Both the position numbers and the translations under genes were made by a program. DNA of 64,000 nucleotides from Macrostomum lignano (taxonomy: Eukaryota), in the NCBI GenBank assembly GCA_002269645.1, contig NIVC01001596.1:1-64000 (forward strand), read 5' to 3'. Positions 51,880-64,000 of this stretch are shown piece by piece. Position 1 is the stretch's first letter. The number at the start of each line of letters is the position of its first letter. The notes under the pieces are model-generated. The model saw nothing but the letters and a program-made list of their open reading frames with translations. It had not been told where the DNA came from and searched no databases.

Positions 51880-53290
51880 GGAAGAAGTAGATTCACGTGG
51901 AAGAGTAGAAATTCAAGTGAGAGAGAAGTAGACTCACGTAGAGGAGAAATAGATTAGTGTCCGGGAGAAGTAGATTTACTTTGGGGAAAGTAGATTCACG
52001 TAGTGGAGAAGTAGATTCACGTTTGGTAGAAGTAGATTCACGTAGGGGAGAAGTAGATTCACGTAGGGGAGAAGTAGATTCCCGTAGGGGAGAAGTAGAT
52101 TCCCGTAGGGGAGAAGTAGATTCATGTAGAGGAGAAGTAGATTCACGTTTGGTAGAAGTAGATTCACGATTTGGAGAAGTTAGATTCACGTAGGGGAGAA
52201 GTAGATTCACGTAAGGGAGAAGTAAATTCACGTAGGGGAGAAGTAGATTCACGTAGGGGAGAAGTAGATTCATGTAGAGGAGAAGTAGATTCACGTTTGG
52301 TAGAAGTAGATTCACGTTTGGTAGAAGTAGATTCACGATTTGGAAAAGTTAGATTTACGTAGGGGAGAAGTAGATTCACGTAGGGGAGAAGTAAATTCAC
52401 GGTGGAGAGAGGTAGATTCACGTTTGGTAGAAGTAGATTCACGTAGGGGAGAAGTAGATTCACGTAGGGGAGAAGTAGATTCACGTAGGGGAGAAGTAGA
52501 TTCACGTAGGGGAGAAGTAGATTCACGTAGGGGAGAAGTAGATTCATGTAGAGGAGAAGTAGATTCACGTAGGGGAGAAGTAGATTCACGTAGGGGAGAA
52601 GTAGATTCATGTAGAGGAGAAGTAGATTCACGTTTGGTAGAAGTAGATTCACGTTTGGTAGAAGTAGATTCACGATTTGGAAAAGTTAGATTCACGTAGG
52701 GGAGAAGTAGATTCATGTAGAGGAGAAGTAGATTCACGTTTGGTAGAAGTAGATTCACGTTTGGTAGAAGTAGATTCACGATTTGGAAAAGTTAGATTCA
52801 CGTAGGGGAGAAGTAGATTCATGTAGAGGAGAAGTAGATTCACGTTTGGTAGAAGTAGATTCACGTTTGGTAGAAGTAGATTCACGATTTGGAAAAGTTA
52901 GATTCACGTAGGGGAGAAGTAGATTCACGTAGGGGAGAAGTAGATTAATGTAGAGGAGAAGTAGATTCACGTTTGGTAGAAGTAGATTCACGTTTGGTAG
53001 AAGTAGATTCACGATTTGGAAAAGTTAGATTCACGTAGGGGAGAAGTAGATTCACGTAGGGGAGAAGTAGATTCACGTAGGGGAGAAGTAGATTCACGGT
53101 GGAGAGAGGTAGATTCACGTTTGGTAGAAGTAGATTCACGTAGGGGAGAAGTAGATTCACGTTGGGGAGAATTAGATTCACGTTGGGGAGAAGTAGATTC
53201 ACCTAGGGGAGAAGTAGATTCACGTAGGGGAGAAGTAGATTCACGTAGGGGAGAAGTAGATTCGTGTAGAGGAGAAGTAGATTCAGTTGA
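51880..53290. repeat. 21-bp minisatellite
   Basis: Unit agaagtagattcacgtagggg, about 65 copies, with recurring 22-bp variant units. Confidence 0.97.
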
Positions 53291-53739
53291 CAGTGGTAGA
53301 TACTGTCTATTATGATAGTATGATATCTTCCACCTTTAATTAAATACGAGGATGGGTAAGGAGTGTTGATGCATTTTCGGTGTATAACAATAAAGTTCTT
53401 AACGAAAAGAGAAAAAAGGGTATAACACGTGTCATAAGCCACGTGGCATAAACATTAACAATATTTTGGTGTAAACTTGTAAAACGGTATGAATGCAGGG
53501 GTGCAGGGCGTTGTTGTCATAAAACTAAAGAATTTATTCGCAACAGCAGACTGGGACAAAGACTCGTCAGCTTGAACTGCTCACAAATACAAGTAGCTAT
53601 AAATGAATTTTATTTGCCTTTATCATGTGACGCATATTTTAGTGAGCCGACTCGCTAGATCTCTTTGTAGCGCTCATCAGAGCTTTAATTTCTCTGTGTA
53701 AGCTCTCAGTTTTGACTCCACTTCCACTTCTCAACGCCT

Positions 53740-54480
53740 CTTACCCTTTTCCTACCCTTACTTGCCCCTTTCCCATTCCTCTCCTTACCCTCTTCCACCC
53801 CTCCTTACCATATTCCACCCCCGCTTTACCCTCTTTCACCCCCTCTTTACCCTCTTCCAGCCCTCCCTACCCTCTTCCAGCCCTCCCTACCCTCTTCCAC
53901 CCTTGCTACCCTCTTCCACCCCTCCCTACCCTCTTCCACCCTTGCTACCCTCTTCCACCCCTTCCTACCCTCTTCCACCCCTTCCTACCCTCTTCCACCC
54001 CTCCCTACCCTCTTCCACCCCTCCCTACCCTCTTTCACCCCTCCCTACCCTCTTCCACCCCTCCCTACCCTCTTCCACTTCCTACCCTCTTCCACCCCTC
54101 ACTACCCTTTTCCACCCCTCCCTACCCTCTTCCACCCTTGCTACCCTCTTCCACCCCTTCCTACCCTCTTCCACCCCTTCCTACCCTCTTCCACCCCTCC
54201 CAACCCTCTTCCACCCCTCCCTACCCTCTTTCACCCCTCCCTACCCTCTTCCACCCCTCCCTACCCTCTTCCACCCCTCCCTACCCTCTTCCACCCTTAC
54301 TACCCTCTTCCACCCTCTCCCTACCCTCTTCCACCCTCTCCCTACCCTCTTCCACCCTCTCCCTACCCTCTTCCACCCTCTCCCTGCCCTCTTCCACCAC
54401 CTCCTTACACTCATTCCCCTTCATTACCCTCTTCATCCCCTCCTTCCCCTCTTCATTCCCCTTTTTCTCTGTCTTTACCT
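53740..54480. repeat. ~20-bp C-rich minisatellite
   Basis: Unit ccctaccctcttccacccct. Confidence 0.95.
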
Positions 54481-55139
54481 TGTCTTTCCTCTTCTCTTCC
54501 TATCAGACTTGAAATTGGACAACAACTCTTACTATAAAACCTGTTTCTCAACTTTCTCTGTCATCAACAGAAGCAAATAGTCAGACTTCTGCAGGTTTTG
54601 TCATACGTGCAGTTTTGACTCAACTCTAAAATTCCGTTGCGCAATTTTCAATTTTCACTTTCCCTCACCGACTATAGCTAACTAACAAAACTTATTTATG
54701 CTCCCTAGGTAAGTAGCTAATGCCCCCCCCGAGCCTTGTGCTCTTGCATTCTCACCGCCACATCTACCGGGCCTGCGTCATGCGGGGTCTTACGTAATCG
54801 CTTTTATTGAAAACCGCCATCGCCCGCCCTGCCTTGCCGCTAATGTTCTCTAATTCATCTTAATTCCTTCGATTTTTGTCCCCAGAAATTTCTCTAAGCC
54901 GTCTGTCTATAGGAGTGAAAAATCCAACCATTAAAAAGGTTGAAGTCACTGACTTATTGCTGACTCAAAGCAATCTAGAATTTGACTTGACTTGGCCAAT
55001 TGTCCAGGATTTGTCAAAAATGTGGGCATCGGTCATTTTGTTTGTCAAGATTACAGGTCTAGATTGTTGCTATGTGCAATTAGAATATTGAGATTCTGTG
55101 CTGCATCTCCATTGTCTCCAGATTTTAAGTTCGTCAGCA

Positions 55140-55870
55140 TTCCATACTCTATGACTAGAACTCTCTATGACCTAAGTCATTGAATATTCCATAGTCTATG
55201 ACTAGAACTCTCTATGACCTAAGTCATTGAATATTCCATAGTCTATGACTAGAACTCTCTATGAACTAAGTCATTCAACAGTCCCTAGTCTATGACTAGA
55301 ACTCTCTATGACCTAAGTCATTGAACAATCCATAGTCTATGACTAGAACACTATGACCTAAGTCATTGAATATTCCATAGTCTATGAATAGAACACTATG
55401 ACCTAAGTCATTGAATATTCCATAGTCTATGACTAGAACACTATGACCTAAGTCATTGAATATTCCATAGTCTATGACTAGAACACTATGACCTAAGTCA
55501 TGGAACATTCCATACTCTATGACTAGAACTCTCTATGACCTAAGTCATTGAATATTCCATAGTCTATGACTAGAACTCTCTATGACCTAAGTCATTGAAC
55601 AATCCATAGTCTATGACTAGAACACTATGACCTAAGTCATGGAACATTCCATAGTCTATGACTAGAACTCTCTATGACCTAAGTCATGGAAAATTCCATA
55701 GTCTATGACTAGAACTCTCTATGACCTAAGTCATGGAACATTCCATAGTCTATGACTAGAACTCTCTATGACCTAAGTCATTGAATATTTCATAGAACAT
55801 TCCATAGTCTATGAGACTATGACTCGAGCCCCCCGTGATCAAAGTCATAAATCATTCCATAGTCTATGAC
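55140..55870. repeat. 44/47-bp minisatellite
   Basis: Unit ctatgactagaact(ct)ctatgacctaagtcattgaatattccatagt, about 15 copies. Confidence 0.95.
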
Positions 55871-56529
55871 CAGAACTGCATGACCCACGCTGCAGCTTAG
55901 ATTCACCGAATCCCACATCAAGAATCGAACAGGTAAAAAGACTAAATTAGCTTTTTTTCAAACAATCTTAAACTAAGCTTTGACGGCCAGCTCCGATCAA
56001 TCACAGTTTTGTCTCCAGCTAAAGAAGGAAGTTTCTCCCCCCAGCCGTCACTGGCCATTTCCTCAATCCATGCGTCATTGCGCCCCCCCTTCACCATCCG
56101 ACTTTCAGTTTAAAGAAGAAAGCGACTAGAATAAGATCCTCGGCTTTGATAAAAACAGATTGCGAAGCGCTAAGGGAGACTTAGTCCAAGGACTGCTTTG
56201 TTTAGTTAATTGGATTGGAAAACTTAGAGGGTATCAGTTGGAGTTTCAATCCAGATACTAACACTTGGGAGTCCACGGCTAAATGACTGCAACAGGCAGT
56301 CGGGTGTCACCTGGTGCTACCCCTTTCTTTTACCTGGCCTCTCATTATACTAACCCTTGGGCGGACTTCTTTGGGTATTTTTTACCTCTCTTAGTTAAAA
56401 TGCAGGCAAAATTTATTATTTTGTATACCGTTGCTTTGTTTGCTGCTTGCTTGATTGCTTCCAAAAGATCTGGTGCACAATGGCAATGGCAAACGAAAAG
56501 GAGACAAGAAATGAATATTTGTGACCCAT

Positions 56530-56850
56530 TACGGCAGTATTAGTGAGCCATTAGGGCAATATTAGTGAGCCAATAGGGAAATATTAGTGAGCCTTTAGTG
56601 AGTATTAGTGAGACGTTAGTGAATATTAGCGAGCCATTAGTGATTTTTAGTGAGCCATTAGGGCAGTATTAGTGGCACATTAGTGAACATTTAGCGAGCC
56701 GTTAGGGCAATATTAGTGAAGCCATTAGAACAATATTAGTGAGCTATTAGGGAAATATTGGTTCACAAGTCATTAGGAAGCGATTACTGAGCCATCAGGA
56801 CAATGTTAGTGAGTCATTAGTGAGGATCAGAGAGAAATTAGTGAATGTTC
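56530..56850. repeat. Degenerate 21-22-bp minisatellite
   Basis: Unit ttagtgagccattagggcaata. Confidence 0.85.
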
Positions 56851-57419
56851 CTTAGCCAGAAAAAAAGCAGAAAAAGGGCAAAACCACTTCACGGTTTCAT
56901 TGTGTCAGCCCAAATGGCGGACTTCCCCTCCTCAAACTCTTCCCCATTCGCTTCCGCCAACTGAAGGGGATCGAAAAAATGGCGTCAAGAAAATTCCGGA
57001 TAGAATTTTACAATCAGCAATAAATCATGACTCGGCTGCGTGTTCACTGACACTGCCGTGCGGCACCTCCGCGGTTTGGAATGGCGACGCTTCATACCAG
57101 GAACTCAATAGAGTTTGCAGTTCGTAAAGAAATTCGCTAGTTCTTTTAACAAACAAGTAACTGCAAACTTTCGGTCTCTTAAGAGTTTGCTGCTAGCAAT
57201 CTGCGCGCTTTCTAATTATCGCAATTGCAAGCAACGGCAGAGGGGGTAATATTTCGGCAAAGGCACTGCTAAATGCAACTTGGCAATCCTCTCAACTTTT
57301 GTCACCGTTAGTGTTCTTCTGCGTTCTCTAAGCACGGGCGGGTGAAGACACAAACCCTGATGTTGCTGTACCCTTAGTCCCCACTGCCATTGATTAGTTG
57401 CTCTGTCTGGCCATGCCCC

Positions 57420-58520
57420 ATCACCCTCCTCTCATCACTATTCCCCCTCCTTCCCCTCTTTTCCCTCCCCTCTTTTCCTCCCCTCTGCCCCTCTGCTCCT
57501 CTCTCCCCTCTGTCCCTCTCTCCCCTCTGCCCCTCTCTCCCCTCTGTCCCTCTCTCCCCTCTGCCCCTCTCTCCCCTCTGCCCCTCTCTCCCCTCTACCC
57601 TCTCTCCCCTCTGTCTCTCTCTCCCCTCTACCCCTCTCTCCCCTCTGTCTCTCTCTCCCCTCTACCCCTCTCTCCCCTCTGCCCCTCTCTCCCCTCTACC
57701 CCTCTCTCCCCTCTGTCTCTCTTTCCCCTCTACCCCTCTCTCCCTCTGTCTCTCTCTCCCCTCTACCCCTCTTTCCCCTCTGTCTCTCTCTCCCCTCTGC
57801 CCCTCTCTCCCCTCTACCCCTCTCTCCCCTCTGTCTCTCTTTCCCCTCTACCCCTCTCTCCCCTCTGTCTCTCTCTCCCCTCTACCCCTCTTTCCCCTCT
57901 GTCTCTCTCTCCCCTCTACCCCTCTATCCCCTCTGTGTCTCTCTCCCCTCTGCCCCTCTCTCCCCTCTGTCTCTCTCTCCCCTCTGCCCCTCTCTCCCCT
58001 CTGTCTCTCTCTCCCCTCTGCCCCTCTCTCTCCTTTGCCCCTCTCTCCCCTCTGTCTCTCTCTCCCCTCTGCCCCTCTCTCCCCTCTGCCCTCTCTCCCC
58101 TCTGCCCCTCTCTCCCCTCTGTCTCTCTCTCCCCTCTGCCCCTCTCTCCCCTCTGTCTCTCTCTCCCCTCTGCCCCTCTCTCCCCTCTGTCTCTCTCTCC
58201 CCTCTACCCCTCTCTCCCCTCTGCCCCTCTCTCCCCTCTACCCCTCTCTCCCCTCTGTCTCTCTCTCCCCTCTGCCCCTCTCTCCCCTCTGTCTCTCTCT
58301 CTCCTCTGCCCCTCTCTCCCCTCTGCCCCTCTCTCCCCTCTCCCCTCTCTCCCCTCCCCTGTTCACCTCTTTCTATTATTTCCCCTCTCCGGTCTCCCCT
58401 ATCTTTATCCTCTCGCCTCTCCTCTCTCTTTACCCTTTCCTCTCTCTCTCTTGTCTCCCTTCCTCTGTTCTCCTCTTCCCATTCTTTCCCCTCTCCCCTC
58501 TCCCCTTCTGCCCCCCTCTC
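57420..58520. repeat. CT-rich array
   Basis: (ctctctcccctctgcccct / ctgtctct)n. Confidence 0.95.
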
Positions 58521-58868
58521 TTGAAGTGTTTTTTATTTCTTCAATAATCTGCAGTCATTATTCAACGGCCAAGTGAAACCTGAAATTCAATCATCACTGA
58601 TAAAAATTTCTGCAGAAAAAAACATTTAACAAAAGACCTTCACATAGTAACACACGCCACTATAGACCAAGAAGCGAAGTGTCACTCAAAAAATTCAACC
58701 TGGGGACAAAAGTAAAAGCACAATGAATTATTTAACAGCTGCAGCTATAGTGTCAGACACGCAAAGCATTCGCTCAGTTGGAAAATATCTTCAGGATTTC
58801 ACCGTCTGAAAAAGTGCGACCCTTCTGTAAACTTTCTACTAGAGATTTCTCCCGAGGAGGCTGAAATT

Positions 58869-59040
58869 CAAGGACTTATTATGTAGCAAAGATCTCGGAC
58901 ACAAGGCCAACAGTTTCAAGGTGCCCAAGGTCTGTCAGGCCCATAATAAACGAAAGATGCACTGGAGTCCATGCTGACAGAGGTGCTTTAGGCAATGCTG
59001 GCACATCACACCTCTGAGCTCTTTTCTCTCTCGATCTCCT
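58869..59040. mobile_element. Unclassified ~170-bp interspersed module, copy 1
   Basis: Homologous to 63074-63245 (caaggacttattat...aaggtgcccaaggtctgtcagg...cagaggtgctttaggcaat...cacacctctgagctcttttctctc). Runs directly into a CTCTCAC array. Confidence 0.6.
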
Positions 59041-61345
59041 ATCCTTCTTCTCCTCTCACCTCTCAACCTCTCTCACCTCTCTCACCTCTCAACCTCTCTC
59101 ACCTCTCAACCTCTCTACCTCTCTCACCTCTCAACCCCTCTCACCTCTCTCACCTCTCAACCTCTCTCACCTCTCAACCTCTCTACCTCTCTCACCTCTC
59201 AACCTCTCTACCTCTCTCACCTCTCAACCTCTCTCACCTCTCAACCTCTCTACCTCTCTCACCTCTCAACCCCTCTCACCTCTCTCACCTCTCAACCTCT
59301 CTCACCTCTCAACCTCTCTACCTCTCTCACCTCTCAACCTCTCTACCTCTCTCACCTCTCAACCCCTCTCACCTCTCTCACCTCTCAACCTCTCTCACCT
59401 CTCAACCTCGCTACCTCTCTCACCTCTCAACCTCTCTCACCTCTCTCACCTCTCAACCTCTCTCACCTCTCAACCTCTCAACCTCTCTCACCTCTCAACC
59501 TCTCAACCTCTCTCACCTCTCAACCTCTCAACCTCTCTCACCTCTCAACCTCTCTCACCTCTCTCACCTCTCAACCTCTCTCACCTCTCAACCTCTCTCA
59601 CCTCTCTCACCTCTCAACCTCTCAACCTCTCTCACCTCTCAACCTCTCTCACCTCTCTACCTCTCTCCCCTCTCAACCTCTCTCACCTCTCAACCTCTCT
59701 CACCTCTCTACCTCTCTCACCTCTCTACCTCTCTCACCTCTCTACCTCTCTCACCTCTCAACCTCTCTCACCTCTCAACCTCTCTCACCTCTCAACCTCT
59801 CTCACCTCTCTACCTCTCTCACCTCTCTACCTCTCTCACCTCTCAACCTCTCTCACCTCTCAACCTCTCTCACCTCTCTACCTCTCTCACCTCTCTACCT
59901 CTCTCACCTCTCAACCTCTCTCACCTCTCTACCTCTCTCACCTCTCTACCTCTCTCACCTCTCTACCTCTCTCACCTCTCTACCTCTCTCACCTCTCTAC
60001 CTCTCTCACCTCTCTCTCCTCTCTCACCTCTCAACCTCTCTCACCTCTCAACCTCTCTCACCTCTCTCTCCTCTCTCTCCTCTCTCACCTCTCAACCTCT
60101 CTCACCTCTCAACCTCTCTCACCTCTCTACCTCTCTCACCTCTCTACCTCTCTCACCTCTCTACCTCTCTCACCTCTCTCTCCTCTCTCACCTCTCAACC
60201 TCTCTCACCTCTCAACCTCTCTCACCTCTCTCTCCTCTCTCTCCTCTCTCACCTCTCAACCTCTCTCACCTCTCTACCTCTCTCACCTCTCTCTCCTCTC
60301 TCACCTCTCAACCTCTCTCACCTCTCAACCTCTCTCACCTCTCTCTCCTCTCTCCCCTCTCTCACCTCTCAAACTCTCTCACCTCTCACCTGTCTCACCT
60401 CTCACCTGTCTCACCTCTCACCTGTCTCACCTCTCACCTGTCTCACCTCTCACCTGTCTCACCTCTCACCTGTCTCACCTCTCACCTGTCTCACCTCTCA
60501 CCTGTCTCACCTCTCACCTGTCTCACCTCTCACCTGTCTCACCTCTCACCTGTCTCACCTCTCACCTGTCTCACCTCTCACCTGTCTCACCTCTCACCTG
60601 TCTCACCTCTCACCTGTCTCACCTCTCACCTGTCTCACCTCTCACCTGTCTCACCTCTCACCTGTCTCACCTCTCACCTGTCTCACCTCTCACCTGTCTC
60701 ACCTCTCACCTGTCTCACCTCTCACCTGTCTCACCTCTCACCTGTCTCACCTCTCACCTGTCTCACCTCTCACCTGTCTCACCTCTCACCTGTCCCACCT
60801 CTCACCTGTCTCACCTCTCACCTGTCTCACCTCTCACCTGTCTCACCTCTCACCTGTCTCACCTCTCACCTGTCTCACCTCTCACCTGTCTCACCTCTCA
60901 CCTGTCTCACCTCTCACCTGTCTCACCTCTCACCTGTCCCACCTCTCACCTGTCTCACCTCTCACCTGTCCCACCTCTCACCTGTCTCACCTCTCACCTG
61001 TCTCACCTCTCACCTGTCTCACCTCTCACCTGTCTCACCTCTCACCTGTCTCACCTCTCACCTGTCTCACCTCTCACCTGTCTCACCTCTCACCTGTCCC
61101 ACCTCTCACCTGTCTCACCTCTCACCTGTCTCACCTCTCACCTGTCTCACCTCTCACCTGTCCCACCTCTCACCTGTCTCACCTCTCACCTGTCTCACCT
61201 CTCACCTGTCTCACCTCTCACCTGTCTCACCTCTCACCTGTCCCACCTCTCACCTGTCTCACCTCTCACCTGTCTCACCTCTCACCTGTCTCACCTCTCA
61301 CCTGTCCCACCTCTCACCTGTCTCACCTCTCACCTGTCTCTCCTC
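59041..61345. repeat. Compound (ctctcac/ctctcaac)n array grading into a 16-bp (tctcacctgtctcacc)n array from ~60380
   Basis: Direct periodicity; about 60 copies of the 16-mer. Confidence 0.97.
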
Positions 61346-61799
61346 TCACCTCTCTAAATCTGAACCTTTAGAAAAGAAATAATAAATTTGCCTTAAAAAA
61401 CATCTCGATTTGGGTAAGATTTTTTGGCTGAAAACGGCAAAGCAAAAATAATCTGCATCTACTTTCAGGGGAAGCAACAACAGCAGATCAATCTTCTTTC
61501 ATTGGCTCGGTTCCATAATTATAATGTCAGATTTTTAGCTTTGGCTGACAGGCAGTTGGCCATGGGTAGGCTGGAGGCGGGCCAAGGTAACCTAACTCTC
61601 AATGTACTAAACTGTAATTGACCTTGACAGCTGCAAGGATTTTACTGCATTGATTTTGGGGGGGGGGGCAGTCAGTTTTAATGCCAGTCGCAAAGAATTA
61701 GCTAGCTTGATGGAGAAGCAAACGAAGATGGGCAAATCTGATATTTGTGTTTCATTACAAATCAAATGGCTTTTCTAAGCACCGTTAGATAATTAAAGT

Positions 61800-62135
61800 G
61801 AATAATTAAACAGGGAAGACAGCAGGTAATAATTAAATTAATAATTATTTATTTATTTTATATATTTATTATATTTCTTTATTATTTTTATTATTTATTT
61901 ATTATTTTTTATTAGTTTTATTATTTTATTTATTATTTATATTTATTATATTATATTAATTATTATATTATTTATTTATTTATTTATTAATAATAATTAA
62001 TAATAATTAATAATTAAGCAGGTAAGATAGGTAATTAGGTCGGTGAGATAGATAATTACACAGTGAGATAGCCAATTAAACAGGTGAGATAGATAATTAC
62101 ACAGGTGAGATAGCCAATTAAACAGGTGAGATAGA
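61800..62135. repeat. (TTA)n AT-rich tract followed by about five 21-bp units
   Basis: caggtgagatag(ataattaca/ccaattaaa) at 62040-62135. Confidence 0.85.
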
Positions 62136-62376
62136 TAACTAAAAGATCATAGCAGCAGCAGCAAGAGACCTGCATATGGTATCATAGCATTTTCAGCATG
62201 CACAGCGTGCACTGCAGTTACTATAGCTAGGTGCGATATTTTAGCGATTAAACACGAAAAAAATCCCCCGACCAACTGTGTGCCCCAATATTCCCGGCCT
62301 GCCGGATACGGCGGCGCCTCCATGAAGTTGAAGAAGAATGACGATGATGAAAGACGCCACACACACACACACGCAC

Positions 62377-62411
<35 letters not shown>

Positions 62412-63073
62412 CGTTGCTGACATACCATTAGTGACGCTTGAGGGGAGAAAGTGGATGTGGGAGGAGCAAGTCATTGGGGAGGGGCAGGTTGGGTGGGGGA
62501 GTGTTGGGGTGAGGGGCGAAAACTCTGCTTCTGATTTCGTCTTAAGCGGGCGGCGGGCGCCACATCGCAGAAAAATCTGACGCAGAACAGAATTGAAGGC
62601 CAGAATGAAGAAGGCGATGGTGGTAGGAATCTGGGAAGAATCACCTAAGAATCCCCATCACGGGCACTCACGCAAGTCCCGCCTTCTAACACGCTGGCTC
62701 CATGCAATTGTTGCGAGGCGGCGGTTGGAAAAAAGAAGAGAAAAAAATCGCTGAATAAAAAAAAACGAAAAAGAAGAAGACTCTCCTACAAGAGTAAAGT
62801 TTTTCTGAAAGGCGCGTTGCTATACAGCAGGGTTTGCTACACTTTGTTATAATGGGGAGGGCTGCCTCCTGCCAGGTGAATGGGGGCGGAGGACAAGGAG
62901 GGAAAGGCGACAGCGTAGGGGGAGGCTGCAGGTTTTTGGTGGGTAATAAATAATTTATCCAAAGGCGAGTGACAGCCTTGTGGGGATAGAGGGCAGTGCA
63001 ACACATAGTGGGCGGGGTTGAGTATTAACGTATTAACAGTATACGGTATTCATCACAGAGTTTCAAGTTTACA

Positions 63074-63245
63074 CAAGGACTTATTATAAAGTAAAGATCT
63101 CTGAAACAGGGCCAACTGTTGCCCAAGGTGCCCAAGGTCTGTCAGGCACATAATAAACAAGAGATGCGCTGGAGACCACTCTGACAGAGGTGCTTTAGGC
63201 AATACTGGTATCTCACACCTCTGAGCTCTTTTCTCTCGATCTCCT
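63074..63245. mobile_element. Unclassified ~170-bp interspersed module, copy 2
   Basis: Homologous to 58869-59040 and also followed by a CTCTCAC array. Confidence 0.6.
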
Positions 63246-63775
63246 CTCTCTCATCTCTCGTCTCTCCTCTATCGTACCTTTCATCTCTCAGTTCTCTCTC
63301 TTCACTCACCTCTCTCTCCTCTCTCCTCTCTCCTTTCTCACCTCTCTCACCTCTCCTCTCTCACCTCTCTCACCTCTCCTCTCTCACCTCTCTCACCTCT
63401 CCTCTCTCACCTCTCTCACCTCTCCTCTCTCACCTCTCTCACCTCTCCTCTCTCACCTCTCTCACCTCTCCTCTCTCACCTCTCTCACCTCTCCTCTCTC
63501 ACCTCTCTCACCTCTCCTCTCTCACCTCTCTCACCTCTCCTCTCTCACCTCTCTCTCCTCTCTCCTCTCTCCTTTCTCACCTCTCTCACCTCTCCTCTCT
63601 CACCTCTCTCACCTCTCCTCTCTCACCTCTCTCACCTCTCCTCTCTCACCTCTCTCACCTCTCCTCTCTCACCTCTCTCACCTCTCTCACCTCTCTCACC
63701 TCTCTCACCTCTCTCACCTCTCTCACCTCTCTCACCTCTCTCACCTCTCTCACCTCTCACCTCTCACCTCTCTCG
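63246..63775. repeat. (ctctcac/ctctcct)n array
   Basis: Direct periodicity. Confidence 0.95.
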
Positions 63776-64000
63776 CAAATTCTAGACATATAGCTGTTGG
63801 GAGAAGAGCTGTAACTCTGCATCCAAGGTTTTTTCCGGTAGCTCGCCTAGGGGTAATAGAGGGTTTCTGAGGCTTCTGATAGATTCTGAAGTGGTCAAAA
63901 AGCAATAACCAACAAGGTTGAGTTTTGCATTTGGCCTGTTGCCCACAATCACGGATAGAAGGAAATTTAGTTATAGATTCACACCTGAGTCATCGCCAGG

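Noticed and set aside
58995-61382. 795-aa ORF, and the other long ORFs at 39491-40333, 40892-41610, 43944-46181, 48077-49311, 53712-54580 and 57390-58576
   Set aside because: They are translations of simple or tandem repeats that happen to lack stop codons, often open in several frames, with no domain content.

Overview
Eukaryotic (metazoan) genomic DNA with GT-AG introns; it is not prokaryotic, and I found no CRISPR array, rRNA or true tRNA gene. The GC-rich exons and minisatellite-laden introns resemble a free-living flatworm such as Macrostomum (inference only). I assembled three complete genes by hand from splice sites and reading phase: a 10-exon cytosolic carboxypeptidase 1 (AGTPBP1/Nna1-like, minus strand, 7777-16537, 1148 aa), a divergently transcribed 5-exon canonical poly(A) polymerase (plus strand, 23374-28016, 612 aa), and a 6-exon uncharacterised 337-aa protein with microtubule-inner-protein-like motifs (plus strand, 29631-33946). 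The left end holds a tandemly duplicated LCCL-domain exon with complementary frameshifts. There are also two CORE-type tRNA-derived SINEs, several MITE or foldback-like elements in a CpG-depleted 7-kb block between the divergent genes, and tentative further genes at 36-39 kb, 47.9-49.5 kb and 56.4 kb. About 30 different tandem arrays dominate the window. Most notable: 12 of the 18 mapped introns each carry their own minisatellite family, and in several the unit copies the intron's own splice signal. In two introns these decoy sites are in phase and the frame is stop-free, so they could give in-frame, repeat-length-variable isoforms. The long repeat-derived ORFs in the supplied track are rejected as genes.
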